The translations under genes and the position numbers were made by a program. A stretch of 64,000 bases of DNA from Octopus vulgaris (lineage: Eukaryota): NCBI GenBank assembly GCA_951406725.2, contig OX597824.1, forward strand, positions 64,170,001 to 64,234,000, read 5' to 3'. Positions 14,033-27,886 of the stretch are shown piece after piece. Positions within the stretch are counted from its first letter, which is position 1. Each line of letters opens with the position of its first letter. The notes under the pieces were generated by a model. That model was not told where the DNA came from, did not search any database, and saw nothing but the letters and a program-made list of their open reading frames with translations.

Positions 14033-14522
14033 TTAATCCTTTTGTTACCATATTTCTTTTGAAATACACTGCTTTTGTTTCAATTAAGTTTTAACTCTTT
14101 AGCATTCAGATTTCTGTAAAATGTAATGCTTATTTATTCACATTGATATGAATTATTCATGTGGAATTTGAACTCAGAACATAATGGCAGATGAAATACT
14201 GCCAAGCATTTCGCCCAGTGTGGTAATGATTCTGCCAGCTCACCACCCCTAGGGCAATATTGTAGGATAAGTTTGAGAGGCCAGATCTGGTTGGTTTGAG
14301 GATAAAACAGGTAGAATATTTTGGCCATATATGACCAGTTTAAATACTAAAGGGTTAAAACAAAAAAAAATTTAACAAAATAATTTTGTTGTTAAACTGG
14401 CATTTATAGCATGAATTAACATGAAATGTTAATGGAAGAGATTTTAATTCAGATCAGTTTAAAACAGGAAGTTTGTATCAAAGAACCAGGAGCGATCTCA
14501 GGCATGTTAGAATCAAAAGATT
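14033..14522. mobile_element. TTAA-flanked MITE (family 2) with a nested family-1 MITE (14091-14358), which itself carries a SINE fragment (~14160-14250)
   Basis: Outer sequence is colinear with 59262-59949. The inner element is bounded by TTAA on both sides. Confidence 0.6.
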
Positions 14523-14638
14523 TCAAGTATTCTGAACACATATTCCAAACCCTGTGGTCTTCGACCAAAACAGGCAATTTCACATCACTAAACTTGCTAG
14601 AAATAGCAGCTGAATCTCTCTGAAAGACATGCTATTGA

Positions 14639-14681
<43 letters not shown>

Positions 14682-14744
14682 TAAAATAAGTTTAAAATAA
14701 TGGTCCTTATACAATGATACTAAACAAACAAACTTTACAAAGAA

Positions 14745-16546
14745 AGAGTACCAAGAGATTCAAGAAGAGGAACTGGATGAAATGATCTCCCAGGTCAAAA
14801 ATTCAGATGCAAAGAGTAAGCACAGAGAAAAGCTGGAGGCTGATTAACTCCATCACTGGTTGCAAAGCTGCAAAGCAGGGAATCATCAAAGGGAAATCAA
14901 AGGACGAGAGAATCAAAGAGTGGTACACTCATTTCTACAAGTTACTTGGGAAGGATCCAGAAGTTGATAGTTGAACAGAAAATGAAGAATTAGCAAAGAT
15001 ACTTAATGGTTTGGAAATCGAGGATGGAGACTTCACAAAGCAAGAAATAGAAAGAGCTACAAGTAACCTGAAATAAGGAAAACAAACTGGTTCTGACAAC
15101 ATCCCACCAGAAGTACTAAAAAGATGGGATTTAGATGACATTATCCTTGAACTTGCAAACAAACTACTAAATGGGAATGTGAAACCGGAACAATGGTCTG
15201 AGATAGACTTGCTACCACTGCCCAAAACTGGAGACCAAAGTGATACTGAGAATTACAGAAGGATCAGTCTGTCATCCATTGTTGCAAAAATGGTCAACAA
15301 GATGATACTTAACCGAATACACCCTAAGATAGGCAAACAATTGCGCCCAAATCAAAATGGATTCAAATCAGGATGGTCAACAACATCACACACTGTCACA
15401 CTTAGAAGACTGATAAAGGGAGATAAGAGCCATAACAGGAAGGCTATCATTATCTCTGTAAACTTTAAAAAAGCTTTTGATTCAGTACATAGAAGAATGA
15501 TGATGATACTTAAAGCATATGATACTCCACCAAGAATTCTGAGAGCAATAAGTAAGTTGTATGAGAACACCAGTGCGAAAGTGATCACTCTTGATGGAGA
15601 GATGGAATACTTTGAAGTCAAAGCCAGAGTATTACAAGGCGACATACTAGCACCTTATCTTTTCACCATTGTTCTGGAAGAACGTACAAGGGCAAGGAAG
15701 AACTGGGATTCAAACTGCATAGACAAAGAAGTAAACAGCATCAAGCAGTAACAGTAATTGACCTAGACTATGCTGATGACCTGGCATTACTAAGAGAGAG
15801 GACAGATCAGGCACAGGAGGTGCTGAGCAGATTAGAGCAGGAATTGAGGAAGGTAGGATTGTACTGCAATGCAAAGAAAACAGAGCTGCAAGTATTCAAC
15901 CACAAAATGCCTGTGTCAGTGAAAGTGAGAGACAGTAAGTTGCTCAAGGTAGTTGAAAATTTCAAACACCTTGGTGCGTGGACACAAAGTACTGAAAAAT
16001 ACATTGTAGCAAGGAAAGCTCTTGCCTGGAGCACATGCCATAAATTGAGAAAGGTATGGAGTTCAAAATTAGCAAATAAATTGAAAGTGAAGTTGTTTCT
16101 GGCAAGAGTAGAGTCTGTTCTTCTATACGGGGTTGAAACACTCACTAAAGCACTTAAGAAGCAGTAGGACGGTTGTTATACGAGGATGCTTAGAATGGCA
16201 CTCAATGTCTCCTGGAAGCATCATACAAGAAACGCTGACTTATACCATTGACTATCAAAAGTAACATTGAAGGTATAGCATAGAAGGATGAGGCTAGCTG
16301 GACGCTGCATCAGACACACTGATGTAATTGCTAACAAGCTGGTGCTCTGGCAACCAACGGAAGGAAGAACCAGGAGAGGAAGGAGGAAGATGACCTATAT
16401 TGACAACTTGCTAGAGGATACTGGTATGGAAGGGGTACAGGAGCTGAGGACTATTATGGAAGATCGAGATGAATGGGGAAAATGTGTGGAAACAGTCTTG
16501 GGGCATCCTGAGGGATGACCCAGATAGATAGATAGATAGATAGATA
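14745..16546 (+). mobile_element. 5'-truncated, decayed RTE-clade LINE (reverse transcriptase)
   Basis: ORF pieces with PLPKTGD...NYRRISL, NQNGF, FKKAFDSV, QGDILAPYLF, YADD (15769-15780), VLLYGVE and RLAGRCIR...GRTRRGR; (AGAT)n tail at 16522-16546; stops and frameshifts. Confidence 0.9.
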
Positions 16547-16699
16547 TAATTCCTTTGAGCAAATTTGGCTTACAGCTGTTTCCAGTTGTCATTATAGGTA
16601 CATTACTGAAAGGTTTACTCAGTTGGTTTATTGATTAATCAAGGCAAATTGAATGGCCTAAGAAAATTAATGCTAATTTTGTCAGAGCCATATATATAT

Positions 16700-16787
16700 A
16701 TTCCATGTACTCTTCAATGGACAGTAAAAATTGTTTGTATATATATATACAAACAATTTTTACTGTCCATTGAAGAGTACATGGAAT
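16700..16787. repeat. Perfect 88-bp palindrome centred on (TA)n
   Basis: attccatgtactcttcaatggacagtaaaaattgtttgtatata followed directly by its exact reverse complement. Confidence 0.95.
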
Positions 16788-18380
16788 TACCCATCAGAAG
16801 AATTCACAGAGTGACTAACAACTAATTGTAGTCATAGACATTAGATATTGATCGTTGTGGTTAGCTGTTAACTGGAACTTCACTGGGAGTTAATATGGTA
16901 TCCACCCAGATAATATATCCCTCCAAACTTGTCATACTTCAACTTTTTCCCATGCAAATGGTTTTCAAACCAAATATAGTACATGCTATTATTTACAGCT
17001 TTATGTACTTCAAGTTCCATTTTAAAAACAATTTATACATATAAAAATATATATATATATATATATGTATATACTGCTGATGTCATAACAGGTGTAAATA
17101 CCTTGTCTTTATATACACTCTCTCATTCTGGATAGAATAAGAGTGATTGAACTAGTTACCAAGAACCATCATCATTTTAATATCCACTAGTCCATACTTC
17201 TAGGAGTCAGAGAGAGGTCATCAACACAGATTTTCTATGGTCAGATGTCCTTCCTGTTGTCAACTCTCACCTGTTTCCAAGCAAGTATCAAATTCCTCAA
17301 CTCCTGAAAATAATATTATTTTATCGTCTGAAGAATTTCTAATAGAAGATATTTTACATGTTTCTCCTACAAGTACAATTTTGTGACTCCTATTAGCAAA
17401 TGAAACAAGTATATATATAATGGAGAATAAATAATACGAAAAATTTTTTTCCAATTTCCTGTTTTGAGAAAGAGTATCGAATTCCCCCAACTCCGACCAT
17501 GAAATTGCTAGCCTTGTGCTTAGATTCAAAACACATATTTTAGACGAGTATCCAATTCATCAGGAAGTTTTTAAAGTCTTGCCATCGAGGGAACGACACA
17601 CGATTATATTTTACAAGCTGAAGCACAAAATCTGTCTGTCTACTAAATACCAGCAATACACTTGCACACAAGCAAAAATGGAAGTTTTTTTTTTTTTTTC
17701 CTGTTACACCCGTCTAGTAAACCTAGTGTAAATATTAAAATTACCGGAAAAGACACGAAATTTAGGGACAAACATGTAAAAAGATTTTTTTTTTTTTTTT
17801 GTGACAAGTTGTTACAAAGAAGGAATCAACCACCCAATTTCTTGCCGTTTTCAGTTTCCATGAGGCAGAAATAGCTATTCTGGAAGTCCACTAATCCGAA
17901 TTTGTAAACCGATAATAATAAAAATTGACTAATTGGGAGCTACTATATGTCACCCGATATGCTAGAAATAACTGTATGGTTTCGGAATACCTTTCACAAT
18001 TAAACAAAACTTTTTATTATTCTTGATACCTTTTTCTCTTCTTTCGTCATTATTTATCATTCTAGTTTGTCAGACTCTTGAAATTACTATTCTGACAAAC
18101 CAGTATATTAAATAACGGTAGAAAAGGAAAAAAAGGAAAATAGAAAAGAGTACGGTTTAATCGTTATGGATATTTCGAAACACAACGAAATAGCAACTAA
18201 ATCTCCCTCGTAAACATCTTATTCGTAAATAAAGGCTACATTGAACACTGGAGTTCCTAATACACAAAAAGACAGAATGGTCACAGCTGGGACGTTTTCT
18301 GATGTTAGATAGATAACTATGACATAGTTGGTATTACATTTACTCTTGTTTTCGCTAATTGAGATTTTATTTAATATTTA

Positions 18381-18540
18381 ACTCACGATTTCATTTCTGT
18401 TTCCAGACTTTTAATGGGAGTGAAGAATAAATCCCGAGCAAGCTAACGTGTGTATGTGTATGTGTGTTCAATGGCACACGCGCGCGGTCGCACACGCCAC
18501 CTGTAGATAATATAATTATTTACACGCTACGAAAACGGGG
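18381..18540 (-). promoter_or_regulatory. Candidate promoter / non-coding first exon
   Basis: Local CpG enrichment (cacacgcgcgcggtcgcacacgcc), low repeat density over ~17.4-22.4 kb, and a minus-strand consensus donor GTGAGT at 18381-18386 pointing toward the 3223-3294 exon. Confidence 0.3.
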
Positions 18541-18870
18541 GTGATTAATGTTTGACGAAGGCAATAAATGAATGCGATATTTGTCATCAGCATGCAAAAC
18601 TACGTGTTGAAAATCTAAAAACACTCCATTAAGAATTGAAAAATCTTCAAGTGGTTAAAAGAAAACGAAAAAGATCCGGAGAGAGAACTATCAGTGTCTC
18701 AGGTGTGAACGCCTATTATCTTATCCTACAACAAAGGTGAAACTAATTTACCACCTAGCCATTAAAACAACAAAACTACTACCTCCGCGTCACCTATTTT
18801 ACCTGTTTGTACATAATATTTGTCTGTTTTGTTTACTAATCTTAAACCCTATTCTGACTACTTTAAATCA

Positions 18871-18912
18871 TCTTGTGTGTTTGTCAAAGAGGTCTTTGAC
18901 AAACACACAAGA
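18871..18912. repeat. Perfect hairpin, 20-bp arms, 2-nt loop
   Basis: tcttgtgtgtttgtcaaaga-gg-tctttgacaaacacacaaga. Confidence 0.9.
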
Positions 18913-20642
18913 CTAATCTCTGAAGAAACTACAATAATAAAGAAGTTAGACCAATCTTTTTCTAGTCTCACTTTATATTTTAAAAATATGCTCTTCCTCT
19001 AAATATAACCCCCCTTTTTTTGTAAGTTTATAATTATTCACTGATAAAATATTTTTCTATAATCACGCTGAATTTTTGCTTACTTTTTCTTTTTGGATTA
19101 TTATTTTAAATACTAGAATATATTTGTGTAACTTGTCTGTCTACTATGAGCTTGTCAAGGTATTTGTCTCTTTTAATGAATGAATTAATTACCACTATTA
19201 AGTATATATTCCCTATTGTATCGAAAACTGAATGTAATAAAATAATATTATTGTAAACGTAATGAATAATTAAAATAAATTCTCTTTGTACTGATGTGTG
19301 TATTTTCATGTCAAGTTATATATAAAAACAATAAATCAAAAGATTACTCCGTACTTTTTAATAGACGTTTGTTTAGTAGTTGTAGTATAGGTTGTTTATT
19401 AAACTTTTACAAAGAAAAAAGTTGACAGTGACTTCGAAGATCCGGCTTACTTGCCTTCGCTGTGTGTGTGTATAAGCCGGATAGCAACTTATGGAATCAA
19501 ATAACCAGAACCTCATTAGTAGGTGTTAATTAGCATACGTTGATGTCAATAGTTCCAAATACGCATTATTTTTGAAGCCACGATACAAATAATGAATTTT
19601 AAAACCAGAAAACGGAGAGGTCCTAATGCGATTAATTAACATGCTAAAATTAGCAGCTAAATCGTCCTTAATTCACACCTTACTAGCTTAAGAAAGGAAC
19701 GACAAATTTTGAATAGTGTTAATAGTCCTAGATAAACTTGCTGTTTGAAACAAAAAGACGGGGAGGCTACGGTTGAAGCGCCTTTTGATCGTAGCTTGAT
19801 CAAAGCCAACCCAGGATAGATGACAACAAATATAATAAAAATGATAATGGATTCAAATTTTGGCACAAGGCCAGCAAGTTCGGAGGAGGAGATAAGTCGA
19901 TTACATCGACCCCAGTGCTCAACTGGTGCCTATTTTATCGCCACCGAAAGGATAAAAGGCAAAGTCGACAATACTAATTTCAGAATAAACTCGATGACCG
20001 AAAATCGACAAATGAAAGAAATCAAATTCTATAGAGACTATTATTATTAAACTGGATCTGGTAGTATTATAATAATTAGCATTGTAAGTTGGTTGGTGAG
20101 AGAGGATTACCTGGGAATGAGCGAAAGATTTTCTCACAGACACGTAAACAAAAAGAAAATAAAAATCTTTACCGCAATACATACACGAGTATATCCATAT
20201 ACACGTACATATACAGGTGCGTGTGTGTAACGATCTATGACTATACCTCTACATAATTAACCTATTTTTTATAGGTGATATTAACGTTATCCATATATCA
20301 ATAAATATGTGACGAAGACAAGTTGAAACTTCGAAATCACTGTCAATCTTTTCCTTAAAAAGTTTAATAAACATGCATTCCACTAAGAAGTATCGATTAA
20401 TCTTTAAGTTTAAAGTTTTTATATTAACATAACACAAACACACACATTGTGTGTACATACATATATTAATGTTAGTCTTTATGTCGAGTTATAATAAAAA
20501 CAATTTTACATTAAACTGAAAGATGAGTCGAAATTCTTTATGTCGAATAGATATTTATTACACTTTTACAAAAGTGGTGACTGTCCAACGAAAGCGAGCA
20601 GGCCGTAACTTCGAAGTCACTATCCCAAACTTGTAAAACTAT

Positions 20643-20679
<37 letters not shown>

Positions 20680-23548
20680 TACACTCTCATAGGATCTCAT
20701 AAACCCACATACACTCATATATTTCTGGATAATCTTTGTCATCGATAGTGTTCAATATCTAAAACTGGAACTAAATATGCAGAATACACTAGTATATATA
20801 TATATGCGTCTAAGAATCCATAAATCAGAAAAAAATATGCACTCGTATATTTGTCAATACACTCGTACACTTGTCAATATATAATACTGTACAATTCGAT
20901 TAATATATTCTTCTAGGTACTCCAGTATGGCCATAGTCCAATAACAAACAAGTAAAGTAAAAGAATAAAAGAGCAGATTATATACACACATACTTTACTA
21001 CTAATCAAGCGTTTAGTCACTTAAACTTTTCAGGTAAGAAAACATTAAAACAAAAGTCGATGAATATTAAAAGTCGACAAATATATTTAAAAAAGGACAA
21101 AAGGGGGAAGAATTAATGACAAAAAGGAGAAAAAAATCAAACTAAAATAACATAAAATCACCGAATATATTATATAATTTATAATTATTTTCTACATGTT
21201 TTGTCCGATAGAGACAAAATATTTTCTCATTACATTCATGACAAAAAATATATAGTTTTGGTTGTTTAGCCGTCGGTTAACACAAATTTAACAGGCCTAA
21301 GTTTATCCCATCTATTTAGGGGTATCTAGGACTATATTATATCATGTGTCCCTTTTTATTTAAAATTATAGATGTGGTTTGAAGGTGATTTAGCTGCTAT
21401 TTCGTCAGCTCGTAAAGTATATCGTAAAAATGTCTTGTTTGTGTGGGCGTGTGTATGTCACTTTATAAAGTTTTTGTAATATATAAAACTATCGTCATTT
21501 GTTAAAGAAGAACAGTATATCGACAGATATATATCTACAGTAGATTATACATACATAAATTAAAGTGATTATCAGAGACAATTAATAACATACCCGAGAC
21601 TTGCAGGTTCCCTGCCGTCAACGCGTAACTTCCTGTACGAAAATAGAAAAAAAAAAAGTTTTTGTTTTCACTCTGTATAACTCCACATCCACTATGATAT
21701 TAACTTATAGCACGATCTGATCTCCGTATAAAATTTATCTAGAGCGAAGAAAATTAAATAAAAGTCTTTCAACGTCCATCTACAGAAACCTATAGATTAA
21801 ATAAATCAACAAAACACTGATATGGTTTGGGACGGTGAAAGAGGAGGGCACGTTTGCATTACAGAGAGGTGGTAGGGCGGGTAGCTAAATAAATTAATTT
21901 TAGAAGGATCTTTCTCCTTTAATAGTTTAAAAAACTTCAAAACATGGCAGCCTTAAGTCAACAAATTTATTTTCCTCTTTCAATATAAAGTACGTGGTCT
22001 GTTTCATATATATATATATATATATATACACGCACGCATATGCACAGGTACACACTCATATGTGAACACCTTTTAATTGTAGTTAGAGCCCTTAATATGT
22101 TGTTTATTTTATTATTCGTATAAATGTGGCTACAAAATATGTATATATTTTTTCTAGACTACTGAAGTGAATGGATACGCATACATAACTTACGAATAAA
22201 AATCACGGAGAACTTCATACCTGAAACCTAACACTGTAATTTATTCCTAATCTCTGATACCTGTTGCGTAGTCATTGGCAAAATTCATCCAAAACTATAT
22301 ATTATTTTACTTTCTCATTTATATTTATATGTGTGTGTAAAATCAGTTAATTATCAGAAATATAAGCACTTTCAATAGAGCGGAATATGTTTTCATTTAT
22401 TCTCGTTTTTATTGTAACAGTTCGTAGATGCAGCATGGCTGAATGCTTAAGAAATTCGTTTCGCAGTCACACAGTCCCCAGTTCGATTCCACTGCGTGAC
22501 ATCTTGAGCAAATGTCATTTTCTTTAGCTTCAAGTCAACCTGTAACTGAACAGATGGAAACTAAAAAGATTTCACCGAGTAGATTCTACATGTAGCAGAG
22601 TTTCACTGAAAATTGTGTCACATATGGGTGCGGCTGTGTGATAAAAAGTTTACGTCCCGACCACATCGTCCCGGGTTCAGTCCCACTATGTAGCACCTTG
22701 GGCAAGAGTTTTCTACTATAACTTCGAGTATGTATGTGTGTGTATACACACACACAAATAATATATATATATACACACACACACATATATACACTAAAAA
22801 AAACTCTTGAACAATTAATGTATATAAATGTGTGTGTATACATATACATAATGCATATATATATATCATCATCGTTTAACGTCCGCTTTCCATATATATG
22901 TGTGTCTTTGTGTCTGTATTTGTCCCCCACCACACTGGTGTTGGTGTGTTTATGTCCTCATAACTTAGCTGTTCGGCAAAAAAGACTGACAGATAAACGC
23001 TAGGCTTTACAACAACAAAAAGATTGTAAGTACTGGAAATCGATTCGTTCAACTAAAATTCTGCATGGCCGTATTCTAATGAGTGAAACAAGTAAAAGAC
23101 TAAAGGAGTATACAACACTAAAAAAACTCTTGAGCAATTAATGTATATAAATGTGTGTGTATACATATACATAATGCATATATATATATCATCATCGTTT
23201 AATGTCCGCTTTCCATGCTGGCATAGGCGGGACAGTTTGACTGAGGACTGGCGAGCGAGATGACTGCACCAGGCTCCAATCTGATCTGGCAGAGTTTCTA
23301 CAGCTAGATGCCCTTCCTAACACCAACCACTCCAAGAGTGTAGTGGAGTACTGGCAACGGTCACGCTCAAATTGTGTTTTTTACGTGCCACCTGCGCAGG
23401 AGCCAATCCAGCAGCTCTGGTAACGGATCACGCTCGAATGGTGCTTTTTACATGTCACTGGCATGGGAGCCAGTCAGTGGCTCTGGCAACGATCATGCTC
23501 GGATGGTGCTCTTTATACATATATATATACACACACATATACATATGT

Positions 23549-24650
23549 CATCAATATCAGTTAACGTCCGTTTTCCATGCTGGCATGGGTTGGACGGTTT
23601 GACAGGAGCTGGCCAACTGGGGAGGTGTCCAGATTCCAATTGTCTGATGGAATGGTTTCTACAGGTGGATGTCCTTCCTAGTGTCAACCACTCTACAGAG
23701 TGTGTTGGGTGCTTTTTACATGCCAACAGCACAGGTGCACTTACACTGCACCAGCACAAGTGCATTTTATGTAGCACCACCACCTATAAAGGACAAGTCT
23801 GTATGTATGGATGAGAGCAATTTTACTTAGCTGATGTATCTTCTCAAATACAGCAAATTGCCACAATTCTCAGTACGTTGTCATGTCCTCAGTGAGGCCC
23901 AGCATCCAAAGATCCTTTCTCACCACTTCATCCACATTCCTGGATTAATCCCTTCCACAGGTGGCCTCCATAGTTAGAGCTCAGCACTTCTTTAAGCAGC
24001 TGTCCTCATACATATGCATCACACGACCAAACATTTTCAGAACTTCCTCCTCCACTGCAAACTTAGTCACCTAGGTAACAGAAGCTATCTACTACTTCTA
24101 ATGATTCCCCAACCCTGAACATCTGAGGAAGTTTACTGCCTGCACATCTTTAGTGCTTATTGTACCCAAACATTTGCCACACACAAAGACTATTTTCTCT
24201 GTTAGCCTTCTTGTGCTGCACCTCTTACATGCCCAAAACTTACACTGGGTACAGCATATGGAATTTCTACCAACACCCTTCTTACATATCGAGCAGGGCC
24301 ATCTCCCTGAAGGGACTTGTGATTTGTCAGTTTTCCTACTTACTAGGACTTCAGTTTTAGCTAAATTAAATCTAAGGGCCTTAGATTTCAGGCCTTGCTT
24401 CCACACCTGAAATTTTTTCTCTAGGTCAGGTAATGATTCAGGTATAAGAACAAGGTCATCAGCATAAAGGAGCTCCCAGGGGCAGGTGATCTTCAATTCC
24501 TCTGTTAAGGCTTGGCAGACTAAGATAAAAAAAAAAAGAGGGAACTGAGAACTGATCTTTGGTAAACTCCTACTTGTACACTGAATTCATTGTCTATCTT
24601 CACCTTTCAGACAGCACCCTGGTACATGGCTTGTACAGCTCTCACTAACC
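23549..24650 (-). mobile_element. Decayed, truncated RTE LINE (same family as 38186-40509)
   Basis: ORF 24098-24496(-) CPWELLYADDL...WPCSICKKGVGRNSICCTQC; family-B 3' tail near 23550. Confidence 0.88.
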
Positions 24651-25453
24651 ACTCAGTGTGTGTGTGTGTGTTTGTGCATGCATTCAACATGTATGAGTGA
24701 GAAACAAGATTCTGATATATAGGTATATTGGCAGGGGGGGGGAGAAAGAAAGTGACAGAGACAGTGTGTGAGAGAGAAAGAGATAAAGTGTTGAGAGACT
24801 GTATGTAAGGGAGAGAGTGTGTATCATAGGATGAGAGAGTTATGAGAGAGAGAGAGAATAAAAGAGAGACTGAGAAAGTGTGCAAGGGAAAGAAAGGGAG
24901 AGAGAGATATAGGGAAACAGATTATGCATGTCAGAGAGAGAGATAGAGAGGCAAAGACAGATTATTATGTGTATGAGAAAGAGAGATGAAAACTATGAGT
25001 ATATATGTTTATATATATATATATATATGTTTATATATATATATATATACATATAGGTGTGGCTATGTGGTAAAATGCTTGCTTCCTAACCACATGGTTC
25101 CAGGTTCAGTCCCACTGTGTGGCACCTTGGGTAAGTGTCTTCTACTATAGCCTCAGACCGACCAAAGCCTTGTGAGTGGATTTAGTAGACGGAAACTGAA
25201 AAGAAGCCTGTGATATATATATGTGTGTGTGAGTGTCTTTGTGTCTATGTTTGTCCCCCCTACTATTGCTTGACAACCGATGTTGCCATAACTTAATTTT
25301 AAAATCTTGTATTTTTTTCATTTTTTTGTTTCTCGCAGGAAAAGTCTTGCTATTTATACCCAACCTTAAAGGGCTAAAACGTTTCATTTACAACCATGTA
25401 GTTCCTTGTTCAATCCCATGGCATGGCCTCTTGGGCAAGTGTTTTTTACTATA

Positions 25454-25860
25454 GGCGTAGGAGTGGCTGTGTGGTAAGTAGCTTGCTTATGGACCACATG
25501 GTTCTGGGTTCAGTCCCACTGTGTGGCACATTGGACAAGTGTCTTCTACTATAGCCTTGGGCTGACCAAAGCCTTGTGAGTGGATTTGGTAGACAGAAAC
25601 TGAAAGAAGCCCGTCGTATATATGTATATGTATATATAAATGCGTGTGTGTTTGAGTGTCTGTGTTTGTCACCCCAACATCGCTTGACAACTGATGCTGG
25701 TGTGTTTATGTCCCCGTAACTTAGCGGTTTAGCAAAAGAGACTGCTAGAATAAGGACCAGGCTTACAAAGAATAAGTCCTGGGGTAGATTTCTTCAACTA
25801 AAAGGCGGTGCTCTAGCATGGCCACAGTCAAATGACTGAAGCAAAGTAAAAGAATAAAAG
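25454..25860 (+). mobile_element. SINE family A, full length (tRNA-like head, CORE-like box, internal microsatellite). At least 14 full or partial copies on both strands.
   Basis: A box tggctgtgtgg and B box gggttcagtccc. The consensus ggcaccttgggcaagtgtctt resembles the CORE-SINE box. Other copies near 4895, 8797, 22627, 25054, 26148, 27473/28766, 33712, 35364, 36466, 37250, 41550, 60145, 60590. Confidence 0.88.
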
Positions 25861-26347
25861 ATATATGTATCCAGCTGTAAAAACTATGCCAAAACAGGCC
25901 CCGCTGGTGCTGGTGCTGGTGCTACGTAAAAAGCATTCAGTCTACTATGTATGGTGGGTGATGTTTGGAAGGGCATCCAGGCGTAAAAACCCTGCTAAAA
26001 TAGACAGTGAAACCTGATGCATTTTTCTGCCTAGCCAGCCCCCATCAAACCATCCAATACATGCCAGCATGGAAAACGGACATTAAATGGCGATGATGAT
26101 GATGATATGTATATATATATGTATATATATTCTTTTATTTTCTTTTATTCTTTTACTTGTTTGAGTAATTTGACTGCAGCCATGCTGGAGCACCACCTTT
26201 AGTTGAGCAAATCAACCCCAGGATTTATTCTTTGTAAGCCTAGTACTTATTCTATCGGACACTTTTACCGAACCACTAAGTTATGTGGACGTAAACACGC
26301 CAGCATCAGTTGTCAAGTGATTATGGGAGACAAACACAGACACATAA

Positions 26348-26399
<52 letters not shown>

Positions 26400-27733
26400 G
26401 TGTGTGTGTGTGTGTGTATGTATATATATATATATATTTGTGTGGTAGTGTTGTATTATATTATATCATATTATAAAATGAACGTTGACTGCAACTAATC
26501 TTCACCTGATAACTTATTCAACTGGTCTATGCATGTTAGTGTTTTTAGTTATGTAAATCAGCGTGACAAGTTACATCCCTTTATGCCAAATAGGTAAAAA
26601 CTTCATCATTTGATAGGGGTTGAAAAAATAATTACTGCAGTCTATATAATGAACTAAAAGCCTTAAAGATGTTTCCCCAGCAAGGACACGACCCATTGAG
26701 TAATATCTGTGAAAAGGTTTCTCATCCAGAGAAATTGAAAACGAATGGATTTGTATTGAAGAAGTTTAAAAAGAAAAAGAAGGTGAGTCATTGACTCAAA
26801 AGCAGACAAATATTGTTACTGAAATATATTAATGTAGTGTAGAGAGAGAGGGGGAAGCAGTAGCTGAGTAGTGGTGGCAGTAGAAGTTGTAGTTAGGACA
26901 ATAATTGTAGCTGCATAGTGTTGTGGTGATATTACTTATGGTGGTTTGGTAGTGGTGGTAGCAGTGCTGATATTAATGATAGTGGTGTTAACGATAGTGT
27001 GAAGCTGTGCAATTTGAAAGACGTGTACGGGTGTTTTTTCTGTACCATGGAAATCACATGAATGCCTTAACAAAACAACTTTTGTTAACAACAATAAATA
27101 AGTAAAGGAGGGCGAGAGCAAAAGCAACTACTGCAGGAGGAAAGAAAGAAAGAAAGGAAGGAAGGAAAAGAAGAAGAAGGTGAAGGTAGTAGAGATGGAA
27201 ACAAAAACAAGACAAAAGAAAGGGAGGTAGAAGAAGAGCAAGTGGAAGAGAAAGGAGAAGTCAATTAACCATAGCATGTTTCCTTGAGTGTTTAATTATA
27301 CCTTTGCTAAACTGTTAGGTGAACAATCTTGATTGCTCAGGATTGTTTGTTTCACACCAGAATGTAATTAGATGCTTGGTGTATATTACACTAAAGCCTA
27401 CTCTTCCCAAACAATACAGTATGGTCAAACAATGGCTAGCAGAACAGTTAACTAAAAGATAGAATCTCATATCTTTTATCTTTTGCTTGTTTAAATCATT
27501 AGACTGTGGCCATACTGTGGCAGCACCTTGAAGAGCACTTTTATTTGAATAAATTGACCCCAGTACTTTTGTTTTTTTTAAGTCTGGTACATATTCTATT
27601 GGTCTTTTTTTGCCAGACTGCTAAGTTATGGGGACATAAATACACCAGTACCAGTTGCCAAGCAGTGGCAGTTGAGTGGAGAACACAGGCACGCACTCAC
27701 ACATGTGTTTATATAATATATATTCGATAAAAT

Positions 27734-27886
27734 TAGTTATGGCCGGTCTATGGGGGTTACCCAGGGTTTCACATCCATGAAGTGCTTAGTTTTACAGCAT
27801 CCCCATTAGGGTCTGAAGAGACGCTGTAAAGCCATGTGCTTTATGGACATGAAACCCAGGGTAACCCCATAGACCAGTTACAACTA
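27734..27886. ncRNA. Fold-back cassette with a hammerhead-like motif (27809-27867, +) and a truncated antisense copy
   Basis: gggt-CTGAAGA-g..tgtaaagc..gctttatg..-GAAA-cccaggg-TA-accc. The left arm (27734-27801) is an imperfect reverse complement of the right arm. Confidence 0.6.

Noticed and set aside
25454-25525. tRNA genes at SINE heads (also 31108, 35495, 40740)
   Set aside because: A and B boxes are present, but there is no complete cloverleaf and the sequence continues into SINE bodies.
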